A stretch of DNA of 64,000 nucleotides, taken from positions 1 to 64,000 of the IMG/VR virus record IMGVR_UViG_3300013426_000023. One strand, given 5' to 3'. Position numbers and translations under genes: made by a program. Below the pieces are notes generated by a model. The model was given only the letters and a program-made list of their open reading frames with translations, did not search any database and was not told the origin of the DNA. The stretch is from a virus. Lineage: Duplodnaviria; Caudoviricetes. The stretch's first letter is position 1. Every line of letters starts with the position of its first letter. Positions 19,901-30,900 of this stretch are shown here, piece after piece.

Positions 19901-22900
19901 TCTGATGAATTATTAGATTTAGATACTGAAGCTTTTAATAATCCAGATGAAATAGAATTGTCACAAGAGGAATTACAAGAATGGATGTCTAATAGTGCAG
20001 ATGAAACTGATTTACAGCAAGCAGCAAGAGATTTAAAGCAATATAAGATAGACCAAGCAAAGAATGCTCTTGAAATTGCAAAACAAAATAAAGATATAGC
20101 AAATCAAATAAGAGAAGGAATGCCTTCGTCAGAAGAAATAAAAAATATGCCAGATGCAACAGTTGGACATGATGGTACTACTATAACAGAAAGTACGACA
20201 GAACAACAGAAAAAAAATCAAAAAGAAGAAAAAGAAAAACAAAACAAACTTAAAAAAGAACAATTAGAAAAATCTGATATATTGGATATTGCTAATAATA
20301 TATTAGAAGATGTAGGTATTACACAAGAATCTTCTAATTTTGATGATTTGCAAATGTGTTTACTCAGAGTATTGGGAGTAATTGACCAATTTGTTAAAGA
20401 AGGCTTAAAAAAGAATAAAGACTTCTCTAAAAATATGTTTTATAGTATTTCTAACATGGAATCATATAAAAAATTACAACAAACAATTCCTACTATAAAT
20501 AATTATCTCAATGAAGTTTATCCATATAGACAGCAAGAAATGGCTAAGAGATTACAAGAGGAAGCTAAGGAAAGAGAAGAAGATAGAGAATATTTAAGAA
20601 TTGGAAATGAAGATAATCAAACTCCTATAGGAGAAATAGCGTTTACTCCAGATATTTCTACATCTAGTATACCTACAGTAACATTAACACGAATAGATGC
20701 CAAACAAAAAAATGAAACATTAGGTTTTTGGTATCCTGCAACCACTCAATACGCAAGATTTACATTAAGAAATCCTACACAATATCATAACGATAAGAGT
20801 CTTACTAATGAACAAAAACAAAGATATAAGACTATTTGGGAATTTTTAAATAATAAAAATGTATTTGAAAATGTAAAAGCGTTACAAAAAGGTAGTAAAA
20901 TTCATTTTGCTTTTAGTAAGGAATTAAATGAAAATTTAAAAGACATGGTTGTTCTTATGATTGATGAAAATGGTAATATTGTAGGAGATTTACCTACACC
21001 TTATGATGTCAATTTTAAGAAGATAAAAGGTCTTGGAGAATTATATAACAAAGCTTTTCAAGCTGCACAAAATAATAGAGATAATACAGAAGATATTATT
21101 TCTATAGATGATATAGAAACTTCTGTAAATAAGAAAATGGTAGGAAAACCATTCTATACAGGAAAAGATGAAAGAATGTCTGTAAATAATATATTTGGAG
21201 ATAAAGAATCAACCTTTGCAATAGCCATGCAAGACGGTGAGGCACAATTAGTAATAGAGCCTGGAACTTCAAGATATACAGATAGGTCAGATAGAGAATT
21301 ACATACTATTTCACCTTTAAACGCTAAAAAAGGACAACCTTATATATTAATAGAAACTTCTGACCCTAATAGAAAATATTATCCTGTACCAATAACAATG
21401 CCTAAACTACAAGATAATAGTCTTAGAGAAACTGCTATTTATAAAGCTATTGAAGAAACATTAAGAAAATTAAAAGGTATTAAGACACAAGATGAAATAG
21501 TTAATGTAAAAGATGCTCTGCAAGAGTTGTTAGTATTGCCTATATTACATATAAATATAACAGATGGTAAATTGAAAGTTGATATACAAAGACCTACTGA
21601 TTCACATATAATGACTATTTATAATGGTGATATAAACGCAGATAATATTGTAGATGTGATTATGGGTAATCTTAAAGGTTCTGGTGGGACAACTTTTCAA
21701 GTATCTAGAAAATATATAAATACTACATACAGAGGACAATCTTATAATAAGATGATAGGAGAAATAGCGCAAGCAAATTTAAAACAGAATGCTACTCATA
21801 CAATCAATGATTGGTTTACTATAAATCCTATTGTTGATGAAAAACAAGTGAAAGCTAAAAATCCTAAATCAATAGAGATGAACCCTAATCATGAAGATAA
21901 ACAAACTTTTTCCATGACTAATCCAAATAATGGAACTACATATACATTAGACCTTGTTTCAAAAAAATTATATGATACTACAAATGGAAATAATAAAGAA
22001 TTAATAGGTGATATGTATAATCCTATTAAATCTTATATGTGGTTACAACATGAAAAGTATACTTCTGCTACAGGAATAATAAAAACTCCATTTGGTGTAT
22101 ACGATATTAAGAATGGAAAAATGGTTACAAATCCTATGACAGAAAAATCTATTGATACAATATCTGTATTAAGTGGATATTTTGAAGGAGGTGGAGCTAA
22201 AATAGAAAATGATTATCCAAATCTTACAAAAGAACAAATAGATTGGTTAGAAGATTATTTCATGGGTTATGCTTATTTTACAGAACAGCAAGCACAAGAA
22301 ATAATTAAAAATATGAACCTTGTTTCTCCTATAAGAGAAGAAAATCAACAAAGTGTAGAACTTCTTACTACTAAAAACATTAAGGTTACTATAGAAAGTG
22401 GTAGTGGAGTACAAACTTATTTAGATAATAACATTCCTGCGATAATAGGAGACCCTAGAGTTAATAAAGATAAGAGAGAAATACCTCAATTTTATGAGAA
22501 AGAAGAAAATAGTAAATCTATTACTACTATAACATATCAAAGTAAAAAGTTTGGTGTTTCTAGAGGTGCAGAAAATGGTATAGCCATTAGTTTTAAAGGT
22601 AAATTAGATGAAACTACAAAAGAGAAAGTTAAAGAATTAATAATTAAAGAACCTTTTACTGTATCTCCTGAAGAAGCTATAAAATATGGTGATACTATAA
22701 TAATAGTTAAAAAACTTATTGCTATAATTAATCAAGCTATATCTACTCCTACAAGAACAACAAATAATACTAATACTAAAATACAAGAAAATCCAATAAG
22801 ACAACAAGAATTAAAACCACAAGATGTAATTGATAATATTAAGAATATAACCAAAAAGAGAACTTCAAAGAAAATACAAACTATACTTAACAATATGGAA

Positions 22901-23923
22901 GGAAATCAAGAAGTTCTAAATTTAGTTTATAATGCTAATAAATTACAATTAAATTTACAATTGCCTAAAGCAGAAGCAGTAATAAATCTTAGTATGACTA
23001 AAGAACAACAAGCTGAAAAATTAAAAGAGTTGTTTAAAGGTAAAGTTCTTAATAGAGAATCAAAAGGTATAGAAACTAAGAAATGGAATCAAAGAATAGA
23101 AGAAACTAAAGTTTATAAAATGTTACCACAATTAGGAAGAGAAGGAGCTATAAGAATTGTTTCTTCTATTAAGAATATGAATGGTGATACAAAAATATAT
23201 GGTCAATTTAAAAATGGAGTATTATATATAGCTAAAGATGCAGCAAGAGGAACTCTTTATCATGAAGCTTTTCATTATGTTACTCAAAGTTTATTAAGTA
23301 ATGATGAACTTACAAATTTATATGAACAAGCAAAGACTAAATATGGAGAACTAAACAATATAGACCTTGAAGAAAAAATGGCTGAAGATTTTAGAGAATA
23401 TATACAAAAAGAAGAAGGATTTAAAGGTATATTTGTTAAGGTGTGGAGAAAATTAAAGAATATTATAAATACTATATTTAATAATCAAAATACTATAGAT
23501 AAATTATTTTATGATATTAGTAGAGGTAATTATGCTAATAGGCAAGAAATAGAGAACAATATTATTTTTAATTCTGATGAACTTAATAAAGTTAAATCAA
23601 AGGTACAAGGGATATTTGATAATTATATTAATAGTACAACTTGGAATACAAAAGAGGGTAGAAGAAATGCAATAAGAAAAATATTAGATAATTGGGAAAG
23701 AGAAGGTTATAAAATAAAATCTTATACTAGAAACAATAGAACTTACGTAGGTTCTGTGGTAAAAATAAACGATAATACAATTAAAAACAATAATAAAAAT
23801 AAAAATACATATATGAATTTAAGTGAAGAACAAAAATCTTATTTAAATGAAAGAAATATATCTCCAAAAAATTATAATAATATGACAGAAGAAGAAAAAG
23901 AAACACTTTTCAGATGCATGTAG
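16988..23923 (+). CDS. Giant cargo/ejection protein with C-terminal zincin-like domain
   Basis: 2311 aa; hydrophobic Gly/Ala segments, EGNEEMSQ motif, YHEAFH (HEAFH 23261-23275) and EEKMAEDF. Confidence 0.75.
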   Translation: MPKINLKGLKGLKGLNQQPIPQDADLLTKLKIARRNGSTPESIINMFSAPAVSNIGQQIADINYGQSTYDTNATESQLSDLNEKRAIDQPWLAQFAAGVGKMVTTGVTAFVDGTAGLLLGTGEGLYGAFTGKKALDNWSKLFHNEISDGMNELNKYFEKVMPNYYTNEELYNRENGKWYNNLDTMNFWADGLIKNMGFTVAALYTGQVWNMALRGAGLLKNASTLGARITGSLLSAVNEGRVEANQQSTDMLNLRTAQIEDANNKRLSELNAYYKQKYNEIINSDMSSNQKNANLAMLNSDIAKRKADLEKIHRSLLQQAKDNANMAGIMDLALNIPLLAYNDFKTFGRMYASSFSAARQSATKTGVRGFLRQLNKGANEALAKEESELRNRITGTIGKYRWRDFTKKEALKNAGKIGLREGNEEMSQQFAANWSGEYFSPDSPDAYYKAMRNNKSNVDTQNLMESMIKGFASSYGDKSQWEQFAIGALNGMIGVPTFGKGANSTANTWLGRGKVIGISGGALGEYKTGNEINTQGKPIVDRMNKLSADIRDKKKLIAQSQSFINALNGYQEANNKFEYHNNEDNDVFNLFTSYLLAGKEDDLKSIISQEFENFTDKQLDDIKNIAGFTNEDWLDSDGNLTEDGKEQMKEKLIKRRDDMLNQFDKYKQALATVRNSSDIPKEHQDEMAWLLWKTKRFWDRIDDTTKTANKRYALNDVIIGIEQYTNSLRNEQAALKGDEIREETYTDENGKEKTRKINILEENKELVETWDSIYSLLKGVMEGNPNKIAILGNSKNKELFDKFLTDDFYKTFAEHSNVGYSNYKESLETLRDIGKMSAAAKQFDERLKEYIKNPNKINENHIKTDKEEEKKEEDKNRVTTIDHINNSDVSQVRTELDENGDFSAFDQILDVDESEQGKQAKQKVEAAKKINNDYNNTLQALNKQLQEGKISQDKYDIAKSMLDNSLNLANSSDELLDLDTEAFNNPDEIELSQEELQEWMSNSADETDLQQAARDLKQYKIDQAKNALEIAKQNKDIANQIREGMPSSEEIKNMPDATVGHDGTTITESTTEQQKKNQKEEKEKQNKLKKEQLEKSDILDIANNILEDVGITQESSNFDDLQMCLLRVLGVIDQFVKEGLKKNKDFSKNMFYSISNMESYKKLQQTIPTINNYLNEVYPYRQQEMAKRLQEEAKEREEDREYLRIGNEDNQTPIGEIAFTPDISTSSIPTVTLTRIDAKQKNETLGFWYPATTQYARFTLRNPTQYHNDKSLTNEQKQRYKTIWEFLNNKNVFENVKALQKGSKIHFAFSKELNENLKDMVVLMIDENGNIVGDLPTPYDVNFKKIKGLGELYNKAFQAAQNNRDNTEDIISIDDIETSVNKKMVGKPFYTGKDERMSVNNIFGDKESTFAIAMQDGEAQLVIEPGTSRYTDRSDRELHTISPLNAKKGQPYILIETSDPNRKYYPVPITMPKLQDNSLRETAIYKAIEETLRKLKGIKTQDEIVNVKDALQELLVLPILHINITDGKLKVDIQRPTDSHIMTIYNGDINADNIVDVIMGNLKGSGGTTFQVSRKYINTTYRGQSYNKMIGEIAQANLKQNATHTINDWFTINPIVDEKQVKAKNPKSIEMNPNHEDKQTFSMTNPNNGTTYTLDLVSKKLYDTTNGNNKELIGDMYNPIKSYMWLQHEKYTSATGIIKTPFGVYDIKNGKMVTNPMTEKSIDTISVLSGYFEGGGAKIENDYPNLTKEQIDWLEDYFMGYAYFTEQQAQEIIKNMNLVSPIREENQQSVELLTTKNIKVTIESGSGVQTYLDNNIPAIIGDPRVNKDKREIPQFYEKEENSKSITTITYQSKKFGVSRGAENGIAISFKGKLDETTKEKVKELIIKEPFTVSPEEAIKYGDTIIIVKKLIAIINQAISTPTRTTNNTNTKIQENPIRQQELKPQDVIDNIKNITKKRTSKKIQTILNNMEGNQEVLNLVYNANKLQLNLQLPKAEAVINLSMTKEQQAEKLKELFKGKVLNRESKGIETKKWNQRIEETKVYKMLPQLGREGAIRIVSSIKNMNGDTKIYGQFKNGVLYIAKDAARGTLYHEAFHYVTQSLLSNDELTNLYEQAKTKYGELNNIDLEEKMAEDFREYIQKEEGFKGIFVKVWRKLKNIINTIFNNQNTIDKLFYDISRGNYANRQEIENNIIFNSDELNKVKSKVQGIFDNYINSTTWNTKEGRRNAIRKILDNWEREGYKIKSYTRNNRTYVGSVVKINDNTIKNNNKNKNTYMNLSEEQKSYLNERNISPKNYNNMTEEEKETLFRCM
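17006..17032 (+). repeat. 9-bp tandem repeat x3 encoding KGL-KGL-KGL
   Basis: AAAGGTTTG AAAGGTTTG AAAGGTTTA. Confidence 0.8.
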
Positions 23924-23924
23924 A

Positions 23925-23970
23925 AAAAAATAAGGGGAAGTAGCAAATAGCTACCTCCCCTTTTTTATTT
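23925..23970. terminator. Bidirectional terminator between convergent giant genes
   Basis: A-run, AAGGGGAAGTAGC-AAATA-GCTACCTCCCCTT, T-run. Confidence 0.9.
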
Positions 23971-23991
23971 ATAACGTTATTAATATAATAA

Positions 23992-26900
23992 TTAATAAGC
24001 ACTTGGTTTCATATAATATTTAATACTGTTTTCAAAAATATCATCATCAATTAATTTATTTACTTGCCTATATTGATTTAATATAGGTAATGGTAATTTC
24101 ATAAAATTCTTTTCTATATTAGTCATTCCTTCATAAGGACCACTTTGTAATTCATCTGTCCAATCACTTGGAGTAATAAGACTCTCAAACATTGTTCCAA
24201 AAGAACTTATCATAGACAATAATGCCGCAGGTGACTTAATATTAGCCAAAGTCTCATTAATCATTGTAGGTTGCATTGTTAAGAAACCCAATTCATGTTT
24301 CTCTCTATTTAGCATGTATTCCATAAGTTTCATAGCCCAAGGTCTCTTTTTATCTTTATCCCATTCTATCATGTTACAGAGACCCCATACAGCACCAAAT
24401 TGTATTAATTCAAATATAGTTCTTCTTATATTCGCCTTTTCTTTTTGATTCATTGAAGACCATAAGGAACCAAGTTTTCTTTGACCTCTTATACATTCTG
24501 AAGCAATTCTTAAAAACGTTCTATAATAACCTTCCTCCCATTCTTTAGTAGTAAGATTATATCTTGCTCCTTGAAACCTTGCATTCATTTGAGGTTTAAT
24601 CCAATCTCTAAATTGTAATATAGCTCTTCCTGCTATAAGTCTTTTAGCAGCATTCCTATCTTCTTCATTATAGATACCAAATAACTTTTGATTTATATTC
24701 AACACAGTTCTTGAAAAATCATTCAAATTAAATTCATTTCCATTTTCATCTGTTGTTCCTTTAGGTAGATAAATTTCCTTAATTCCGCTACCTTCAAATT
24801 TTTCTCTTATTTGTAACGCATCATATAAATTCATTTTTCCTTTTTCTGGAACATTTACCATGGTATTATACATCATTGCAAGAAGTGTTCTATTATATAA
24901 CCAATGGTCTCCACAATTTTGACCTAAAAAAGTTATAGTACTTATAGCACCAAATACTCTTGATAAAATACCTTTTCTTTGATTTCTTTTCATATTTTCA
25001 AAGAAATCACCTTTAATGTTAAAATATTCATCTATAAGTGCTAATTTTCCTTGTTTATTTCTTTTATTTAATTCTGATAAATATTCAGGTAACAAAGAAG
25101 CATATACACCATCTGCTTTTAATAATTGTGAAGCAGTAAAATATTCACTTGCAGCAGCCTCAATATTTTGCATTGCAACACCTGTTGCAACGTTAGCCAT
25201 CCAAGCTAATGTGTTAAATCCTAACATTGCAACAGAAGAACCTTTCATAATCCAATTTGCAATCTTAGTACCACTTGCTTTTTTACCAAATACATCAAAA
25301 CTTCCTTCTTTCTTTAAATATTTACCATATACTTGTGAAGCAAAGAAATCATCAAGTTTCTTTTCAATATTACTTCCTGTAGGTTCTAATATATCATTTA
25401 AGACATTTATTCCTAGAGTATTAAATTTTTCAGCTAATTTATTATTGCCTTGTGTTTTTTGTACTTTTCTTTCACCGTCTTGTATAATACTTCTACCTAC
25501 TTCCAATGGGTCTATTATTTCATCCATATAAGAATATTTATTACCCATTGCAGTATAAGCCATCAATGCTCCTATTACATCATTTGTCAAATCATTTGCA
25601 TTGTTTAATCTATTTATATATAATACAGGAAGAACCATAAATTCTTTTCCTGCAAAGTCAGTAAGACCTTTAGCTATTGTAGTATCACCAAATATATCAT
25701 TATCATCTTCTCTTTCTAAAAATTCATCAGCTAAATGTTCTTTAATATTAGACCAAATGCTTGAAGGAGAACTTGTAGAATCAATAAATCTTTGCATACC
25801 ATCTTTTCTCATTTGTATAGCTTTGAGACTTTCAACTCTATCTTTTGGTAATAATAAATCTATCTTTGTCTTTAATCTAAGATATTCTTTTAATATATCT
25901 TTATGATTTTTATCTAAATTAGTATAATCTGAATTAGTATATATATCAGGATTAGGCACATAATCAAACAATAAATTTATAGAATGTTTGTCATGCCAAG
26001 CTATTCTTTCAGCTCTCTTTAGTTTAAGATTCTCTCCTTTAGGATTTTTTCCATATTTTTCACTAAGCTTCTTTTCAAAAGCTGATAAATCCTTATCATA
26101 TTGAGCTTGATTAATCTCACTTATTATATTACCTGTAAGATTACCATTTCTGTCTTTTTCATATATCCAATTCCAATCAGTAATACCAAGTTTTTCAGCT
26201 TTTTGCTGTAACAATTGTATTTCTTTTATATCATTAATAGTTTTTATCTTAGCTTTATCATGTGCTTGTTTTACTAAGTTATCAAACGCTTGTAATAATA
26301 TATCAGATGAATTAGCCATTGAATCTAGCCATCTATCCATAAAGGAAATATCTTTGTCAGCTTTGGTTATTAAATCCATCAATGATATTTTATTACCAGC
26401 ATTTTTACCAAGTTGTACTGTAATTTCATCACCTAATATTGGTCTAAGAAATTCTGCAAATGAAGGAATTGCAGTCTTAAAATATAATCTTGTAAGTCTT
26501 TGTATTATATCATTTAAATCCTTTACCATATTATTCATATTTACTTCTTGTCCATCAATAGTAAAGGTTCTTAAGAACATATTATCTTCAGAGTTTTCAT
26601 CGTCTATTCTTGCATCATTTAAATCTTTAACAAATTTACCATAAGATTGTAATATACTTCTTGTTGTTCTTAAAAAAGCAAATCTATTCTTAGGAGTTTC
26701 ATTTTGTAATAAACTAAAAGCATTATATCTAGACTTAAGTTCTTTTATTGCCTCGTTTGTATATTCACAAATACCCATTGCAGTATCTGCATTTTCATTC
26801 ATATAACCTTTTATATTTAATACTTTTGATTGTGATTTATCATCACCAAGTATCTTATATTTTTTAGCTTCTACTTCAACAGCACCTTTCAATATATTTA

Positions 26901-27954
26901 TATTTCTTTCGACCTGTTCACTAAGAGCATTAAATTGAACATTTCTTTGACTGTTTCTAATATCTTCTTTACTTAAATTGAGAGTACCTTTTAATATCTT
27001 TTTAGATAAATCATCCATTATAGCTTCACTACTTGTAATAGCATCTCCGACATTTTTAGGATTAATAGTTTTAAATAACCTCTTTATATAATTGATAACT
27101 CTATCAAGCAAAGTAGTATGAACATTTGTTTTAAGTTTGTCTCTTAATATATGACCTAACGCTTCCTCAGCCATTAGTTCCTCATTCCCATTATAAAAAT
27201 CATATATATCTTGATAATCATTACCTAATAATTTTTGTAAGGTGTTTTCGTTACTTATTTGTTTTATACATCTATTAACTAAAGAAGTATTTCTTAAAGC
27301 ACCAATAACTAAGTGTGAAAACTCTTCACTAAGTGCTATTGAACCTTCCATATTATTAGCAATCTTAATCATTTCAATAGTATCAGAAGCAATTTGTCTT
27401 GCTATACTAAAATCAGTAACACCAACTCTACCATTTTGTGTTTCAATATCACTTAAAGTACCTATAGTAATTCCCAATCCATCAAGTAACCTAACAAGTT
27501 TAGTATTAAGTTGATAACTCGAATATTGATTTTGAAAATATTCTTGATTCTCAGAAGTCTTGGGTAACACTGTTACTTTGAGTTTATCATCTTCACTATT
27601 TACTATAGCAATAAATTCTTTCTTATTCTTATCTTCTGTATTAAATTTATAAGCATCTTGTAATGCTAACTTAAAATTATCAGAAGTATTTTCTCTTACT
27701 TTAAACTTATTACCTAATTCTTCTGCTACAGAAGATTTTGGTAACATTCTTGTTATGTCACTATTATCTAATAATGAATCATAAGTAGGGAAACCCTCAC
27801 TATCTAAAGTGAGGGAATCCTTATGTTTATTTAAGAAATCATTTGAATTAACGGTATAATAAATATCCCATGCTTTTTCATATCCAAATTTTTTCTTTAA
27901 TTTATAAAAAGTTTTAACTCCTTTTTTAGGAGCATATACACATGATTTACTCAT
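23992..27954 (-). CDS. Large cargo/ejection protein with degenerate zincin motif
   Basis: 1320 aa; LSEEFSH..AEEALG; GIYNEED..QFRDW..EEGYYRT C-terminal motifs typical of the crAss RNAP-associated giant proteins. Confidence 0.7.
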   Translation of the reverse strand: MSKSCVYAPKKGVKTFYKLKKKFGYEKAWDIYYTVNSNDFLNKHKDSLTLDSEGFPTYDSLLDNSDITRMLPKSSVAEELGNKFKVRENTSDNFKLALQDAYKFNTEDKNKKEFIAIVNSEDDKLKVTVLPKTSENQEYFQNQYSSYQLNTKLVRLLDGLGITIGTLSDIETQNGRVGVTDFSIARQIASDTIEMIKIANNMEGSIALSEEFSHLVIGALRNTSLVNRCIKQISNENTLQKLLGNDYQDIYDFYNGNEELMAEEALGHILRDKLKTNVHTTLLDRVINYIKRLFKTINPKNVGDAITSSEAIMDDLSKKILKGTLNLSKEDIRNSQRNVQFNALSEQVERNINILKGAVEVEAKKYKILGDDKSQSKVLNIKGYMNENADTAMGICEYTNEAIKELKSRYNAFSLLQNETPKNRFAFLRTTRSILQSYGKFVKDLNDARIDDENSEDNMFLRTFTIDGQEVNMNNMVKDLNDIIQRLTRLYFKTAIPSFAEFLRPILGDEITVQLGKNAGNKISLMDLITKADKDISFMDRWLDSMANSSDILLQAFDNLVKQAHDKAKIKTINDIKEIQLLQQKAEKLGITDWNWIYEKDRNGNLTGNIISEINQAQYDKDLSAFEKKLSEKYGKNPKGENLKLKRAERIAWHDKHSINLLFDYVPNPDIYTNSDYTNLDKNHKDILKEYLRLKTKIDLLLPKDRVESLKAIQMRKDGMQRFIDSTSSPSSIWSNIKEHLADEFLEREDDNDIFGDTTIAKGLTDFAGKEFMVLPVLYINRLNNANDLTNDVIGALMAYTAMGNKYSYMDEIIDPLEVGRSIIQDGERKVQKTQGNNKLAEKFNTLGINVLNDILEPTGSNIEKKLDDFFASQVYGKYLKKEGSFDVFGKKASGTKIANWIMKGSSVAMLGFNTLAWMANVATGVAMQNIEAAASEYFTASQLLKADGVYASLLPEYLSELNKRNKQGKLALIDEYFNIKGDFFENMKRNQRKGILSRVFGAISTITFLGQNCGDHWLYNRTLLAMMYNTMVNVPEKGKMNLYDALQIREKFEGSGIKEIYLPKGTTDENGNEFNLNDFSRTVLNINQKLFGIYNEEDRNAAKRLIAGRAILQFRDWIKPQMNARFQGARYNLTTKEWEEGYYRTFLRIASECIRGQRKLGSLWSSMNQKEKANIRRTIFELIQFGAVWGLCNMIEWDKDKKRPWAMKLMEYMLNREKHELGFLTMQPTMINETLANIKSPAALLSMISSFGTMFESLITPSDWTDELQSGPYEGMTNIEKNFMKLPLPILNQYRQVNKLIDDDIFENSIKYYMKPSAY

Positions 27955-27955
27955 A

Positions 27956-30900
27956 TTATGAACATTTTATTTCTTTAGTATTATCTTTACCTTGTTGAAT
28001 AAACTCTTGAATTTCATCATCTTGTTGGTCAAGTTGAGAAAATTCTTTTAAATCTTGTAATGCGTTAGTATTTCCTAAAATCTCAAATAATCCTCCATCA
28101 TCTTGTATTGTTTCTGTAGGAACATTATCGTCTTTTTTATTTATACCTGTAGTATCTTCTTCTGTGTTACCAGTAATAACAATATTATTATTATCAAGTG
28201 CTCTATTGTCATCTATAAGTTTCTTGTCGGTTTCAATCTCAGCCATTTCTTGATAAGTCATATTAGCATCATATTTAACTCCTTGATTAGGATTATGTAC
28301 TTTTACTGGATAATATCTTTTTGCTTTTGCAGTATCCAATGTTTCATCATATTTATATAATTCTTCTACAATATCACCTGTAATAGGATTACTATTTTTA
28401 ACGACAATTAAAGGATAATAATCTTCTTCTACTACATTTTTATTGGTACAAATAGTTTTAGGAATCAATATAGCTCCATCTGTATCCTTTACAGGAGTCT
28501 CTTTTGGAAAATAAGAAGGAAGTAAGCCACTTTCATTCCAATAATTAGCATAGAATTGATTCATATAATCACTATACATATTAGTATTTATATTACTATT
28601 CATGTCAGTAAGAGCATCTATTAGTTCTGGAAAACTATTAAGAAATATAGTACTAAAGAAATTACCATAGCTTCTAGGACCAAAATTAAGACCATCAAGA
28701 TAAAAACTATAACTTAATAAATCTGTTGCAAATTGTCTTGCATAAGGATTATCCATATATAGTAATCTTTCAAAATCTCCCATATAGATTTCTCTTAATG
28801 TTCCTGTTATTTTACCAGAATTTTCCATTACAATTTTACCTTTTTTCACACTAAGTTTCTTTATTATTCCAATATTAGCTATTTCCTTGTATTTAGGATT
28901 AAGCTTTATTTCAATGAATTTTTTAGGAAATTTATACAAATAATAATCTCTTTTTTCAGTAAAGGTTCTATTCTCATCATTACCAAACATTTTTGTTTTT
29001 GACAAAGCGAATTTAGTTAAATCAGAATAGAATTTTTCAAGAAGACTATCACTTAATGAATTATAAGCAGAGTTCTTATATAATATGTTTACTTTTTCTT
29101 TTACACTATCACTCAACTGTATAAATACTTTTGATTCCAACGAAGAACCTAAATCTATTCCTAATGAATGAAAAGCTTGTAACATTGATAAAGGTTTACT
29201 ATTTAATTTTCTTCTTAACTCATCTTCAGTATCTTCTAATGAAACAACATTGTTTTTTACACAATCTTCTGTACCAACTAATGTAAAATCAGATTTATTT
29301 GAGTTAACTTGAAACCTATCTACATTATGTAATTGATTTGTAGTTTGTGCAATACTTCTTTTCATAGCCCCATTAGGTGAATCTGCTCTTGAGATTCTAA
29401 TCAAATCACTATAATCTCTTGCAATTTTAGCAATGTTTAAGAATCTATTTGCAGCTTCAAGAGAAGATTTTAATATATCTATTACATTTTTATCTTCTAT
29501 TTTAATACTTTCTATATTACTTGAAGTTATATTATTCCAATCAATTCTTTTATAATAAAGAATACTATCTGCAATTTCTTTTGATGTTATATTATTGTCA
29601 ATGGAATCTAATTTAAGATTAAAGCGTTTACAATATTCAAGAATTTGATTTTCTAATATTTTTAAATCATTTATACCAAATCCATTTTCAATAAAATTTC
29701 TAACAAAAGGAGAAGTCATCATTACTCCCATTTGTTTTAAACTCATTCCCATTGCTAACATTGTACCTCCTATACTAGCAGTATTTTCATTTTGAAGAAG
29801 ACTTGCCAAAATAGGGTCTTTTACGTTATCTACTGATGCAGCAGAAAGTTGGGCACAATTCATAAGAATTGATACATCAATACCATTTATATTAATAGTC
29901 TTTAAACTTAAACTATTGAAAACAACACCATCCATTTTGAATTGATTTTTTTCTGCAATACCTAAATGAGTAGCTTGAAATTTAGCATGAGCTGTATTGT
30001 TATTGGCATATATACCAATTAACTTACCGCCTGTAGTATTTTGATGATGATTATAGATAAATGTATCAACTGTCAATGGATTTTTCTCTTCTTTATATTT
30101 TGATAAAAATTTATCAAGATATTCAAGACTTTCACTAAATAACTTACTATTTACATCACTTAATTTAGTAATCTTCCTATCTTTCATATAAGCATCAATT
30201 AATGTTATATCATTAAGAATATCAGCTCTTCTTGCCTCAGCTTTTGCTTTGTCAAAGTTTCCAGGAGAATTAATTTTTTCTGCTGTTTCTCTTGCAGTTA
30301 ATACAGCAAATCCTAAATCAATAAGCATATTATTTCTTGCAGCTCTACTATTCTCTTTAGAACTTTTATTCATGTTATATCTTACTTTCTTTAATCTTGG
30401 TTTATCTAATTTATAATCTTCTTTATTAGCATTAAACCATTCTTTAAATGTTTCTTCTTGTTCTTCATTTTTTTCTTTACCTTGTAGTTCCTCTAAGAGA
30501 GAAGATAATACTCCATCTTTATCAGCTTGAGCTAAAGAGCCATTATTATTTACAGAGTGAGATTTTTTAAAGTCTCTGAATGCTTTCTTAAAATCATAAT
30601 TCTCAAGTCTACTTTCAGGTATGAATAAAAATCTACCATCAATATCAAAGTCCTCGCCTGCAATTTGAGTAATATCTGCTGGTAACATAATACTACTACC
30701 ATTTTGTTGAGGTAAGAAATCTTTAATTATTAAAGGAAGCATTGAATAATGCGCTTCAGTAGGTATTCTAAAACCTACCATTTTCTTTAAGTCATCACTT
30801 AATCTATTAACATCAAGTTTTTGACCTATTACATTACCTTGCTTATCTCTAACATCAACAAGAACATTTGCAAACATCTTCTTTGTATAAAAAGGCATAT